From contig CAWFFN010000009.1 of assembly GCA_963815115.1 (NCBI GenBank), positions 1,344,001 to 1,408,000 of the forward strand: DNA of 64,000 nt, read 5' to 3'. Position 1 is the first letter of the stretch, and each line of letters starts with the position of its first letter. This stretch comes from an uncultured delta proteobacterium (GTDB lineage Bacteria; Desulfobacterota; Binatia; DP-6). Shown here one piece after another: positions 51,379 to 60,855 of this stretch. A program made the translations under genes and the position numbers. Under the pieces are notes generated by a model. The model saw only the letters and a program-made list of their open reading frames with translations. It ran no database searches and was not told the DNA's origin.

Positions 51379-53016
51379 ATGCCAGAGTACTCCGTCAACC
51401 CCGCCGGCGAGCGCTTTCCTCTTCCGGAGAAGAGCGAGTATGCGACCGAGCTCGCCCGGCTCGAGCAGCTCGCGAAGGCGGCCCGCGCAGAAGGCAAGGA
51501 AGTCGTGGTGGTCATGGGCGTCGGCTTCGTCGGCGCCGTCATGGCCGCGATCGTCGCCGACACGGTCGGCCCTGACGGGAAGCCGAGCAAGTTCGTGATC
51601 GGCTGCCAGCGCCCGAGCACGCGCAGCTACTGGAAGATCCCGATGCTGAACCGGGGTCTGTCACCGGTGAAGGCCGAGGACCCCGAAGTCGATCCGATGA
51701 TCCGGCGCTGCGTCCTCGAGAAGAAGACGCTGACCGCCACCTTCAACCCCGACTGCCTCCAGCTCGCCGATTGCGTCGTGGTCGACGTCCAGTGCGACTA
51801 CTCGAAGCGGAACCTCGGCAACATGCGCACCGGCGAGGTCGAGATGGGCGCGCTCGAGGCCACGCTGCGCACGATCGGCGACAAGATCGGGCCCGACTGC
51901 CTGACGCTCATCGAGACCACGGTCGCGCCGGGCACGACGGAGTTCGTCGCCTGGCCGATCCTGCAGCGCGCGTTCGCCGCGCGCGGCATCTCGTCGATGC
52001 CGGTGCTCGCGCACAGCTACGAGCGCGTGATGCCCGGCCGGGAGTACGTCGCCAGCATTCGCGACTTCTGGCGCGTGTGCAGCGGCTGCGACAAACCCGC
52101 GCGCGAGCGCGTGGTCAAGTTCCTCACCGAGGTGCTCAACACGAAGAAGTTCCCGCTCACCGTCCTCGACCGGCCGATCGAGTCGGAGACGGCGAAGATC
52201 GTCGAGAACTCGTACCGCGCCACCACGCTCGCGTTCCTGAACGAGTGGAGCCTCTTCTCCGAGCGCAACGGCGTGGACCTCACGAAGGTGATCAAGGCCA
52301 TCAAGGTCCGGCCCACGCACAGCAACATGATCTTCCCGGGCCCCGGCATCGGCGGCTACTGCCTGCCGAAGGACGGCGGGCTCGGCTACTGGGCCTACAA
52401 GCACATCCTGGGATTCGACGACGGCGACCAAGTGTTCAAGATGAGCACCACCGCCATCGACGTGAACGACACGCGCGGGCTGCACGTCGCCACGCTGACG
52501 CGCGACGCGCTCCGCAACATGGGGCGCTACATCGCCGGCGCCGAGGTGCTGATCTGCGGCGCCAGCTATCGGCAGGACGTCGGCGACACGCGGTACAGCG
52601 GCTCCGAGGTGGTCGTGCGTCGACTCACCGAGATGGGCGCCGACATGCGGGTGCACGACCCCTACGTCGAGCACTGGTTCGAGTTCGAGGAGCAGGACAC
52701 GTACCCGTCGCCGGGCCATTCGCTCGCGCGCTTCTTCCGCAACCAGGCGAACCTGACCGAGCTGCGCGTGCAGTCCGACCTGAAGGCGGCGCTCCACGGC
52801 GTCGAGGCGGTCATCCTCGCCGTGCCGCACGAGCCCTACCTGGCGCTGACGCCGGAAGAGGTCGTCGAGATGGCGGGCGGCCCCCTGGCCGTGATCGACT
52901 GCTTCGGCATCCTCGACGACGACAAGATCCGCCGGTTCTTCGAGCTCGGCTGCGAGGTGAAGGGCCTGGGTCGCGGGCACATCCAGCGCCTCAAGCAGGA
53001 AGTGCACGAACGGTAG
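51379..53016 (+). CDS. UDP-glucose/GDP-mannose dehydrogenase family protein
   Basis: GVGFVG, ETTVAPGTT, ERVMPG, KIVENSYR, PGPGIGGYCLPKD, SYRQDVGDTR. Confidence 0.9.
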   Translation: MPEYSVNPAGERFPLPEKSEYATELARLEQLAKAARAEGKEVVVVMGVGFVGAVMAAIVADTVGPDGKPSKFVIGCQRPSTRSYWKIPMLNRGLSPVKAEDPEVDPMIRRCVLEKKTLTATFNPDCLQLADCVVVDVQCDYSKRNLGNMRTGEVEMGALEATLRTIGDKIGPDCLTLIETTVAPGTTEFVAWPILQRAFAARGISSMPVLAHSYERVMPGREYVASIRDFWRVCSGCDKPARERVVKFLTEVLNTKKFPLTVLDRPIESETAKIVENSYRATTLAFLNEWSLFSERNGVDLTKVIKAIKVRPTHSNMIFPGPGIGGYCLPKDGGLGYWAYKHILGFDDGDQVFKMSTTAIDVNDTRGLHVATLTRDALRNMGRYIAGAEVLICGASYRQDVGDTRYSGSEVVVRRLTEMGADMRVHDPYVEHWFEFEEQDTYPSPGHSLARFFRNQANLTELRVQSDLKAALHGVEAVILAVPHEPYLALTPEEVVEMAGGPLAVIDCFGILDDDKIRRFFELGCEVKGLGRGHIQRLKQEVHER

Positions 53017-53089
53017 GTCGGCCGCCCGCACGCCTGCATCTCGACCCCCGGGCCTGACACCGCGCCCCACCGCGTGCTACGAGCCTCGC

Positions 53090-53899
53090 ATGCCGGAGCC
53101 CGTGCTGCTGATCGACCGCGCCGACGGGGTCGCGACCCTGACGCTCAATCGCCCGCAGGCGCTGAACGCCCTCTCCCGCGAGCTGCGCCGGAATCTGCGC
53201 GACGCCTTCGCCGACCTGCCGCGCGCGGGCGACGTCGACGTGCTCATCCTCACCGGCGCTGGCCGGGCCTTCTGCGCCGGGCTCGATCTGAAGGAGCTGG
53301 GCGGAGAGACCTCGAGCCAGGGCGAGATCGCGTCCGCCATCGGCGGCGAGGACAGCCTGCTCGACGTCATGGGGCGCTGCCCGATTCCCATCATCGGCGC
53401 GATCAACGGCTTCGCGATCACGGGCGGCTTCGAGCTGGCGCTCGGTTGCGACGTGCTGATCGCGTCCACCGAGGCACGCTTCGCCGACACGCACGCGCGC
53501 GTCGGCATCATGCCGGGCTGGGGACTCAGCCAGAAGCTCTCCCGAGCGATCGGCATCTCTCGCGCCAAGGAGCTGTCGCTCACCGGCAACTACCTGCTGG
53601 CCGAGCAGGCGGCGGCGTGGGGCCTGGTGAACCGGGTGGTCGCCCCGGCCGAGCTGCTTCCCGCGTGCCGCGCGCTGGCGCAGGACATGCGCTCGTGCGC
53701 GCCGGAGGTGGTGCGGGCGTACAAGCGCGTCATCGACGAGGGCTTCGCGACCACCTTCGCCGACGGCCTCCGCATCGAGGCGGTCGCCAACCGGGAGCAC
53801 GCGCGCGCCCTCACGCCGGACGCCATCGCGGCGCGGCGCGCGAGCGTGCAGGCCCGCGGGCGCGATCAGTCGAAGAAGGTCACGCCGCCAGGGGCTTGA
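53090..53899 (+). CDS. Enoyl-CoA hydratase/isomerase
   Basis: LNRPQALNAL, AFCAGLDL, GAINGFAITGGFELALGCD. Confidence 0.9.
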   Translation: MPEPVLLIDRADGVATLTLNRPQALNALSRELRRNLRDAFADLPRAGDVDVLILTGAGRAFCAGLDLKELGGETSSQGEIASAIGGEDSLLDVMGRCPIPIIGAINGFAITGGFELALGCDVLIASTEARFADTHARVGIMPGWGLSQKLSRAIGISRAKELSLTGNYLLAEQAAAWGLVNRVVAPAELLPACRALAQDMRSCAPEVVRAYKRVIDEGFATTFADGLRIEAVANREHARALTPDAIAARRASVQARGRDQSKKVTPPGA

Positions 53900-53952
53900 G
53901 CGGCAGCACCGGCAGGCGCTGCAGCGTCTGGGTCACCGGATCGGGCGCGCTC

Positions 53953-55599
53953 CTAGCGCACGACGACCGCCCCGCCGTCCTTGCGCGGATCGCCGACGGC
54001 CCGCGGCGTGCCGTCGGCGCCGAGCGCGACGGCGGAGATCGCGCCGAGGTTGGGGTACACGCGCACGGGATGGCAGTAGCGGGCCAGCTCGTCGCGCGTC
54101 GCCTCCGGCACGCCCGGCTCGGCGAGGAGCACGGCGGGCGTTCCCTGATCGTGGATGCGCGGAGCCGTCACGGCGGTCTCGACGTCGTGCCCGAACGCCA
54201 CGACGCCGAGCAGCACCTGGAGCACGCCCGAGATGATGAAGGGACCGCCCGAGCCGCCGACCACCAGCTCCGGGCGTTCGCCGTCGAGGACGATGGTCGG
54301 CGACAGGCTCGACAGCGGGCGCTTGCCCGGCGCGATGCTGTTGGCGGCGGAGCCGACGAGACCGTAGACGTTCGCCACGCCGGGTGCGACGGCGAAGTCG
54401 TCCATCTCGTTGTTCAGCACGATGCCGGTGCCGCCGGCCATGATGCCGGCGCCGAAGCCGGTGTTGATGGTGGTCGTCAGGGCGACCGCGTTGCCCTCGC
54501 CGTCGACCACGGACACGTTCGCGGTGCCGGCGTCACGGGCGAGCGTGGTCTCCGCCTCGGGACACTGGCGCGCGCTCATCTCGGCGCGCAGGCGGGCAAG
54601 CCGTGCCGGCGCCAGGAGCGCGGCGACCGGAACGGAGGTGAATTCGGGATCGCCGTACCAGCGCGCGCGGTCGGCGAACGACTGCACCATCACGTCGGCG
54701 AGGAGATGCAACCACCTCGCCGGCTCCGCGGCCAGGGCGGCGGGATCGTCGCCGGCGAGCAGGCCGAGCGCCTCGAGCACGATGCCGCCCGAGGCGGGCG
54801 GCGGAAAGGCGATCACCGAGCGGCCGCGGTAGCGCGCGACCAGCGGCTTCCGCCAGCGCACGCGGTAGTCCGAGAGGTCGCGGGCGGTCAGCACACCGCC
54901 GCGACCCTGCACCGTCGCGACGATCGCCGATGCGACGGGGCCGGCATAGAAGGATCCGGCGCCGTGGGCGCCGATCGCCTCCAGCGTGCGGGCGAGGTCG
55001 GCCTGGACGACGCGGAAGCCCGGTCCGGGCACCTGGCCGTCCGGCTGCAGGAACACCGCGCGCAGGCCGGGGTCACCCTGGAGCAGCGCACGCGAGCGCT
55101 CGATCTGCTGGCGGAGGTGCGGCGCCTGGTCGAGCGCGAAGCCGTCGCGTGCCAGCCGGATCGCCGGCGCCAGCACGGTGGCGAGCGGCAGGCGGCCGAA
55201 GCGGGCGTGCAGGGCCTCCCAGCCCGCCACCTCTCCGGGGACCGCGACGGCGAGCCCGCCCCGTTGCAGGCGCTCGGGGTGCGGCACGCCGCTCTCGAGA
55301 TAGCGGTCCTGCGTGGCGCCTGCCGGCGCGCGCTCGCGAAAATCGAGTGCGAACGACGTGCCGCCGGCGAGACGGCCGAGCGCGAAGCCGCCGCCACCGA
55401 CGCCGCACGACGACGCGTGCACGATGCAGCCCGCCGCCGCCGCGGCGACGGCCGCGTCCACGGCACTCCCGCCGAGCCGCAGCACTTCCGCGCCGGCCTC
55501 GGCGGCGAGGCGGTGCTCGGCGGCGACGGCGCCCACGCGGGCGTCGGCGGCCAGCGGGCACGCGAGCAGCAGAGCCAGCCAGATGGCGAGACGAAGCAC
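53953..55599 (-). CDS. ggt: Gamma-glutamyltransferase
   Basis: GGSAVDAAVA, DFRERAP, VPGEVAG, TANVSVVD, LNNEMDDF, PGKRPLSSLSP, GSGG, DPRKDG; signal peptide. Confidence 0.92.
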   Translation of the reverse strand: MLRLAIWLALLLACPLAADARVGAVAAEHRLAAEAGAEVLRLGGSAVDAAVAAAAAGCIVHASSCGVGGGGFALGRLAGGTSFALDFRERAPAGATQDRYLESGVPHPERLQRGGLAVAVPGEVAGWEALHARFGRLPLATVLAPAIRLARDGFALDQAPHLRQQIERSRALLQGDPGLRAVFLQPDGQVPGPGFRVVQADLARTLEAIGAHGAGSFYAGPVASAIVATVQGRGGVLTARDLSDYRVRWRKPLVARYRGRSVIAFPPPASGGIVLEALGLLAGDDPAALAAEPARWLHLLADVMVQSFADRARWYGDPEFTSVPVAALLAPARLARLRAEMSARQCPEAETTLARDAGTANVSVVDGEGNAVALTTTINTGFGAGIMAGGTGIVLNNEMDDFAVAPGVANVYGLVGSAANSIAPGKRPLSSLSPTIVLDGERPELVVGGSGGPFIISGVLQVLLGVVAFGHDVETAVTAPRIHDQGTPAVLLAEPGVPEATRDELARYCHPVRVYPNLGAISAVALGADGTPRAVGDPRKDGGAVVVR

Positions 55600-55678
55600 C
55601 CTCGGGCTGGTATATCGCCGGTCCAGCAGCGGCAAACGCTTGCCGCTTCGGCCGCGTGTGCTAAGGGGGCGTCGAGCG

Positions 55679-56923
55679 ATGGCGAAGCCGCCCCGGAGGC
55701 GACAGGGCGCCCAGCCCTACGGGGAGAAGGAATTCTACCTCGAGGAGTTTCGCGGGCGCAGCGTGCTCATCGCCGTCGCGCCGGCGACGGTGGCGAGCCG
55801 GGCGTCGCTCAAGTCACTGGGCGCGGCGGTGGCGGCGCTGGTGCGCAACGACACCCTCGTCGTTCTCTGGTGGCCGCACGTGGTTCCACACTCCGAGCGG
55901 CGTCTCCTCGCCGCGCTCGGCCGGGGACCCCGCAAGGTTGCGCGCGGATACCGCAAGCGTCGGCGCGTGCGCCGGCGCCGCCTGCCGTCGCCGGTGCTGC
56001 GCGTGGGGAACGGTGCGCTCGACCTGCCGCGTAACGCCGCCGACCTGCGCAGCGCCATGTGGTCCCGGCTGCGGACGGGCGGGCTGTGCGTGCTCGCCGT
56101 GAGCGGCCTCGCCGTCTTCCCGCGGCATCCGCTCGAGCTCGCGGTCGCGCTGCGCGTGCCCAAGGCGGTGCTGGTCGACCCCCGGGGCGGGCTCGACGCG
56201 GAGGGCGGCCGCCTCTCCTTCGTCGACGAGAACGTGCTCGAGACCGTGCTCCTCCAGGGTCAGGCCGAGTGGACCGGGCTCGGGGACCGCCGCGCCCTCC
56301 TGGTCGCCGTGCGGGAGGCGCTCGAGAGCGGCGTCGAGCAGGTGAACCTCTGCCCGCCCGATGGCGTGACCGAGGAGCTGTTCAGCTACACCGGCTCGGG
56401 GACGCTGTTCACCGAGGGGGACTACACGCGCGTCGGCCCGCTCGCGCTCGACGAGTACGAGCAGGCGGAGCGCCTGCTCGAGCGCGGCGCGCGCGAGGGC
56501 GTGCTCAAGCTCCGCTCCACCGACGAGGTCGCCCGGGTGCTGGGCGCCGGCTTCGGCGTCACGGTGTGCGGGCGCCACCTGGCGGGAGTGGCCGGCCTGC
56601 TCACGGCGCCGTACGCCGAGGAGCACGCGGGCGAGATCGTGGGCCTCTACACCATCAACCGCTTCAAGGGAGAAGGGCTGGGCGACCGACTGGTGGCCCG
56701 CATCGTGCAGGAAGGGGAGGCCCTCGGCCTCGACTTCGTGTTCGCCTGCACCGTGGACGAGCACGCGCAGCAGTTCTTCGAGCGCCAGGGCTTCGTCCGC
56801 GTCGGTGCCGACGACGTGCCACGGAGCAAGTGGGTGGGCTACGACGCGCGGCGCCGGCAACGCGTGGCGGTCCTGCGCGCGACGCTGCCCGCCCGTGTCT
56901 CGGCGGCGGATCGCGCCTCGTGA
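55679..56923 (+). CDS. ArgA-like amino-acid N-acetyltransferase (degenerate AAK domain + GNAT)
   Basis: ALESGVEQVNL, EELFSYTGSGTLF, GVLKLRS, LYTINRFKGEGLG. Confidence 0.7.
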   Translation: MAKPPRRRQGAQPYGEKEFYLEEFRGRSVLIAVAPATVASRASLKSLGAAVAALVRNDTLVVLWWPHVVPHSERRLLAALGRGPRKVARGYRKRRRVRRRRLPSPVLRVGNGALDLPRNAADLRSAMWSRLRTGGLCVLAVSGLAVFPRHPLELAVALRVPKAVLVDPRGGLDAEGGRLSFVDENVLETVLLQGQAEWTGLGDRRALLVAVREALESGVEQVNLCPPDGVTEELFSYTGSGTLFTEGDYTRVGPLALDEYEQAERLLERGAREGVLKLRSTDEVARVLGAGFGVTVCGRHLAGVAGLLTAPYAEEHAGEIVGLYTINRFKGEGLGDRLVARIVQEGEALGLDFVFACTVDEHAQQFFERQGFVRVGADDVPRSKWVGYDARRRQRVAVLRATLPARVSAADRAS

Positions 56924-57204
56924 GCGCCTGGCTGCGCGCCCTGGGGGCGCTCGTGCTCGGGCTCGGGCTCGGGACCGCGGCGGTCGCGGGCTGGCACTTC
57001 ACGCGCGACACCCAGTTCGCGGAGATCCTGGCGGCGTACGAGCGTCACCCGGAGCACGCCCTTTTCCAGGCCGATTACTGGATCGCCGCCGCGCGCCACT
57101 ACGGCCTGCTGGCGCTCGTCGTGGGCTCGTTCCTCTTCGGCCTCACGGCGGGCAGCGTGCTCCTCGGACTGGGCGAGGTGCTGCGCCGCGTGCCCCGTCG
57201 CTGA
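56920..57204 (+). CDS. Small two-TM hypothetical protein
   Basis: GTGA overlap with upstream gene; two hydrophobic segments. Confidence 0.6.
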   Translation: MSAWLRALGALVLGLGLGTAAVAGWHFTRDTQFAEILAAYERHPEHALFQADYWIAAARHYGLLALVVGSFLFGLTAGSVLLGLGEVLRRVPRR

Positions 57205-57215
57205 TCGGGAGCGGC

Positions 57216-57253
57216 AAAAGAAAAGGCCGGATGGACCCGGGGTCCATCCGGCC
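57216..57253 (-). terminator. Rho-independent terminator of the SCP2 gene
   Basis: 13-bp stem GGCCGGATGGACC/GGTCCATCCGGCC followed on minus strand by TTTTCTTTT. Confidence 0.85.
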
Positions 57254-57275
57254 GATGGGCACGATACGGAACGCG

Positions 57276-57599
57276 TCAGGCCGGGCGCTTGAACAGGGTC
57301 TGCATCTTCATCGCCAGACCCATGTCGCCGGAGATCTTGAGCTTGCCGCTCATGAACGCCATCTGCCCGTTCAGCTTGCCCGTGGTCATGTCGACATAGT
57401 CCTGCGCGGACATCGACATGGTCATGTTCGCCGACGGCGCGGTCCCCTCGTGGACCTCGGCCTTGCCGTCCTTGATGTTCACGTACCACTGACCGCCGTT
57501 GTCGCCGCTCAGGTTGAACTGGATGGTCGAGTTCATGCCCTTGGCGGCGTTCGCGTCGAGCTGGTTCGGCATCTCTGCGAAAATATCCTTGGGGGTCAT
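57276..57599 (-). CDS. Stand-alone SCP2 sterol/lipid-binding domain protein
   Basis: IQFNLSGDNGGQW, GKLNGQMAFMSGKLKISGDMGLAMK; AGGAGG RBS and TTGACA upstream. Confidence 0.9.
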   Translation of the reverse strand: MTPKDIFAEMPNQLDANAAKGMNSTIQFNLSGDNGGQWYVNIKDGKAEVHEGTAPSANMTMSMSAQDYVDMTTGKLNGQMAFMSGKLKISGDMGLAMKMQTLFKRPA

Positions 57600-57675
57600 T
57601 CCGAAACTCCTCCTCTCAATGGGTGGTGGGGGCTGACCGGCTTAGGTAGGCTAGGAGGGCGGAGCTTGTCAAGGT

Positions 57676-58446
57676 ATGGAGCCGTTGCTCGAGAGGCTGC
57701 GGGCGCGCCTCGCGCCGCACGGTCTGAATCTCGTCGGCATGGCCGAGATTGCGGCATACGACGCCGTCGCTCCGCCCGCCTGGGCGGTGGGCCCGCGGAT
57801 CCGCGATGCCCGCACGGCGGTGGTGATTGGCAGCGGCGGTGGTGCGTTCTGGGCCGCGTTCCAGCGCCACCTCGACGACGACCCAGCGGCCGCTCGCCAG
57901 CCCGATCCACTCGATGCCTTCACCCGGCACGTGGTCACCCAGGCCATCGCGCCGTTGCGGGACCAGCTCGGCACCGGCGCGCGCCTCGTCTACCCGTTCG
58001 AGTGCCACGTGGTGCCGGTGTCGTTCATGCACCTCGCGGAATGCGCCGGCCTGGGTCGGGCAAGCCTCCTCGGCGTGCTCGTGCATCCCGACTACGGGCC
58101 GTGGATGGCGCTGCGGGCGGCGATCCTGCTGCCCTTCGCGCTGACGGCTCCGCGACCGGCCGACGGGTTCGATCCGTGCCCCACGTGCGTCGAGCGTCCA
58201 TGCATCGCGGCGTGCCCGGTCGGTGCCGTGGGGCCTGCCGGCTGGGACGTGCCGCGGTGCATCGCGCATCGCGTCTCTCCGGCCGACGGCTGCGGCACCG
58301 GCTGCCACGCGCGGCTCGCCTGCGTCTACGGCCGTGAGCACCACTACCCGCCCGACGCGCTCGCCTTCCACCAAGGCTACGCCCGGGGGGCGATCGGAGC
58401 CGCGCCCGGGCCCCCCAACGAATCTCCTGAAACCCCCGCTCGCTAG
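57676..58446 (+). CDS. QueG/MMACHC-related Fe-S protein
   Basis: DPLDAFT, AGLG, GVLVHPDYGPWMALRAA, CPTCVERPCIAACP, CHARLAC. Confidence 0.7.
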   Translation: MEPLLERLRARLAPHGLNLVGMAEIAAYDAVAPPAWAVGPRIRDARTAVVIGSGGGAFWAAFQRHLDDDPAAARQPDPLDAFTRHVVTQAIAPLRDQLGTGARLVYPFECHVVPVSFMHLAECAGLGRASLLGVLVHPDYGPWMALRAAILLPFALTAPRPADGFDPCPTCVERPCIAACPVGAVGPAGWDVPRCIAHRVSPADGCGTGCHARLACVYGREHHYPPDALAFHQGYARGAIGAAPGPPNESPETPAR

Positions 58447-58518
58447 GTGTCCTGTCCGACCCACCCGAGGGTCGGCTCGATCGCCCTACGTCGGCCCACC
58501 GACCCGCCGGGCGAAGCG

Positions 58519-59862
58519 TCAGTCGACGAATGCTCCCGATGGTGAGCCCTTGATCCGTGCACGCAGCTCGAGCGGACCGTTCAGGCGCGCCTCCCGGAAG
58601 GCGGCCTCCCAACAACTGCCCTCCGAGCTCTGCAGCTGCACCAGGACTGGCAGCTCCGCCGGAAGCGGCGCGAGACCGACGCTCGGCCCCTTCGCGAGGA
58701 TCGACAGCTCGGCCCTCTTGCGGTCGCCCGCCTCGAGATCCACCGAACGAACACCGTCGGACGCGCCAGACCGGTCGGTATAGCGATAGCCGTTGCGCTT
58801 GGGGATCCAGCAGGGCTTGCCGCCGCACGAGCCGCCAGCCGGGACTTCGAGACCGGCCAGGAGGCTGAGCCCGAAGAACGGTTCGGTCTCGAACACGCAC
58901 AGCTGGTAGGAGGTGTCCGAGCGCGGATCGCCGAGCTCGCCAATCGCGATGCCGGTTTCGGGCGCCAGTTGCCAGGCGACCACGTCCTTCTTGTCGTGCG
59001 GATCGTCACGCAGGCGAAGGGTGGAGCGCCCGGAGCCGAGCGAGGAGCAGGAGAATGCCGGCCGCGCGACGCAGCCCTCGAAGAAGTCGCACTGCGAGCA
59101 GGGTCCGCACTCGACGGGGGTCGCCCCGAAGCAGAATCCGTCGTCGCAAGCGTCACCGGTCGTGCATTGGTTGAAGTCGTCGCAGCTGGTCCCGTCGGCC
59201 ACGACCTCGCCCCGACAGAAGCCGTCGACGCACGTGTCATCCGTCGTGCATTGGTTGAAGTCGTCGCACGGACCATCGATCGGGACGGTCTGGCAGCTGC
59301 CACTCCCGTTGCATGTCGCCGACGTACAGGGCCCTGAGAAGCCGCAGGGCGTGCCCTCGGGAGCGACCGAGTCGCAGCTGGCCGAACAGCAGTCGAAGTC
59401 GAACTGGTTCCCGTCGTCGCACACCTCACCAGGGTCAAGCGCGCCGTTTCCGCAGCGACTGCCTGTGACATTGATCGGATACGGGAACGTGGAAATCCCG
59501 CATTGGGCCACGGCGGTGAAGGCGCGCCCATCCGGAGCGACAGTTCCGGACAGGGTCACTGCGCTTCCGCAGAATGACTGGTCGGAGCCGCTCATCGTGA
59601 ACGCACCGCTGGTCGAATCGATCGTGCCGGCCAGCTGGAGTGACAACACGGAGCAGGGAGGGGACGACGTGGCGAGCATCGAACCCGTCTGCGTCAGGCC
59701 GAGCGTGCAGCTGACGACGATCGGCGGCGACAGGGTGCTGAGGGTGGTGAACCAGAGCCCGCTCGCGTTGATGGTGGCATTCGCCGGCGGCGCCATAATC
59801 CCCAGGAGCAGCGTGACGGCAATTCCAGCTAGCGGCTTCGTGCGGTCCGTTCGCTCGTCCAT
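58519..59862 (-). CDS. Secreted Cys-rich repeat protein with conserved-looking C-terminal domain
   Basis: Signal peptide; CGNGALDPGEVCDDGN (Myxococcus Cys-rich/DUF4215-type) and two CDDFNQCTT.D.C repeats; ends GSPSGAFVD. Confidence 0.8.
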   Translation of the reverse strand: MDERTDRTKPLAGIAVTLLLGIMAPPANATINASGLWFTTLSTLSPPIVVSCTLGLTQTGSMLATSSPPCSVLSLQLAGTIDSTSGAFTMSGSDQSFCGSAVTLSGTVAPDGRAFTAVAQCGISTFPYPINVTGSRCGNGALDPGEVCDDGNQFDFDCCSASCDSVAPEGTPCGFSGPCTSATCNGSGSCQTVPIDGPCDDFNQCTTDDTCVDGFCRGEVVADGTSCDDFNQCTTGDACDDGFCFGATPVECGPCSQCDFFEGCVARPAFSCSSLGSGRSTLRLRDDPHDKKDVVAWQLAPETGIAIGELGDPRSDTSYQLCVFETEPFFGLSLLAGLEVPAGGSCGGKPCWIPKRNGYRYTDRSGASDGVRSVDLEAGDRKRAELSILAKGPSVGLAPLPAELPVLVQLQSSEGSCWEAAFREARLNGPLELRARIKGSPSGAFVD

Positions 59863-60131
59863 GACGCCTCCGTTGATCGGGTCCCAGTGCCAGGAGATCG
59901 ACCCCGCTCGCCGCGAGTACACCAGTACAGGAGTATCCTCATATAGCACTCGCGCATCAATATCAACGGTCTAGCATATTATTTGGACAGTCGCAATCTC
60001 AGATTGGCCCTGCAATGGCTTCTTTCGTGCAGAGGGTGTGGCGACCTGTCGATGGATCGCTCGCGCCGCGGTGGATGCATCTTTGATTGGTGCTCCGACG
60101 CCGCGCGGGGCGCCGGACACCGCAGCAGCAG

Positions 60132-60845
60132 CTATCCCAGCGCCTCCACGAACCCCCGCGCCAGTGCCGGTGCCCGTCCCTCGTCGTGCTTCAGGAAGAC
60201 GTACACCCGTCCCCATCCCTCCACCGCACGCAACCGCGCCGCCCAGTCGGTCAGCTCTGCGGGCTCGTAGTCGCGCCGGAGCCGGACGTAGCCGAAGGGC
60301 GCCGTACGCACGAGCGGCGTGTCGAGGTCGTCGGTCTGGGCGATGCAGAGGGCGGCGCCGTGCGCTCGCAGCAGCGACCAGGTCGCGTCCTGGAACCATG
60401 ACTCGTGCCGGAACTCGAACGCCGGCTCGGTGCCGGGGGGCAGCGCGATGAGGAAGGTCTCGAGCCGGGGCAGATCGGCCTTCAAATTGGGTGGGAGCTG
60501 GAAGAGCAGGGGGCCGCGCTTGTGCTCCAGCGCCTCGCTGCGCCGCACGAACTCGCGCGCCGGCTCGGCGGCTTCCTTCAGACGCAGCCGGTGCGTGATC
60601 TGCTGCGGTGCCTTGAGCGCGAAGCGGAAGTGCGCCGGCGTCTGCGCCGTCCAGGAGGAGAGCAGCGCCGGGGCGGGCATGCGGTAGAAGGTGTTGTTGA
60701 TCTCGACGGTGGGGAAGACGCCGGCGTAGAAGCCCAGCATGCCGGCGGCAGGGAGCTTCTCGGGATAGAACGGCCCGCGCCAGGCCGGGTAGCTGAAGCC
60801 GGACGTCCCGACGAGGAACTCGGTCGGCTGGGTGCTGTTCGCCAC
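60132..60845 (-). CDS. DUF72 (YecE-family) protein
   Basis: GTSGFSYPAWRGPFYP, VEINNTFY, LFQLPP, EFRHESW, YVRL. Confidence 0.92.
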   Translation of the reverse strand: MANSTQPTEFLVGTSGFSYPAWRGPFYPEKLPAAGMLGFYAGVFPTVEINNTFYRMPAPALLSSWTAQTPAHFRFALKAPQQITHRLRLKEAAEPAREFVRRSEALEHKRGPLLFQLPPNLKADLPRLETFLIALPPGTEPAFEFRHESWFQDATWSLLRAHGAALCIAQTDDLDTPLVRTAPFGYVRLRRDYEPAELTDWAARLRAVEGWGRVYVFLKHDEGRAPALARGFVEALG

Positions 60846-60855
60846 GGCGCCTCGC

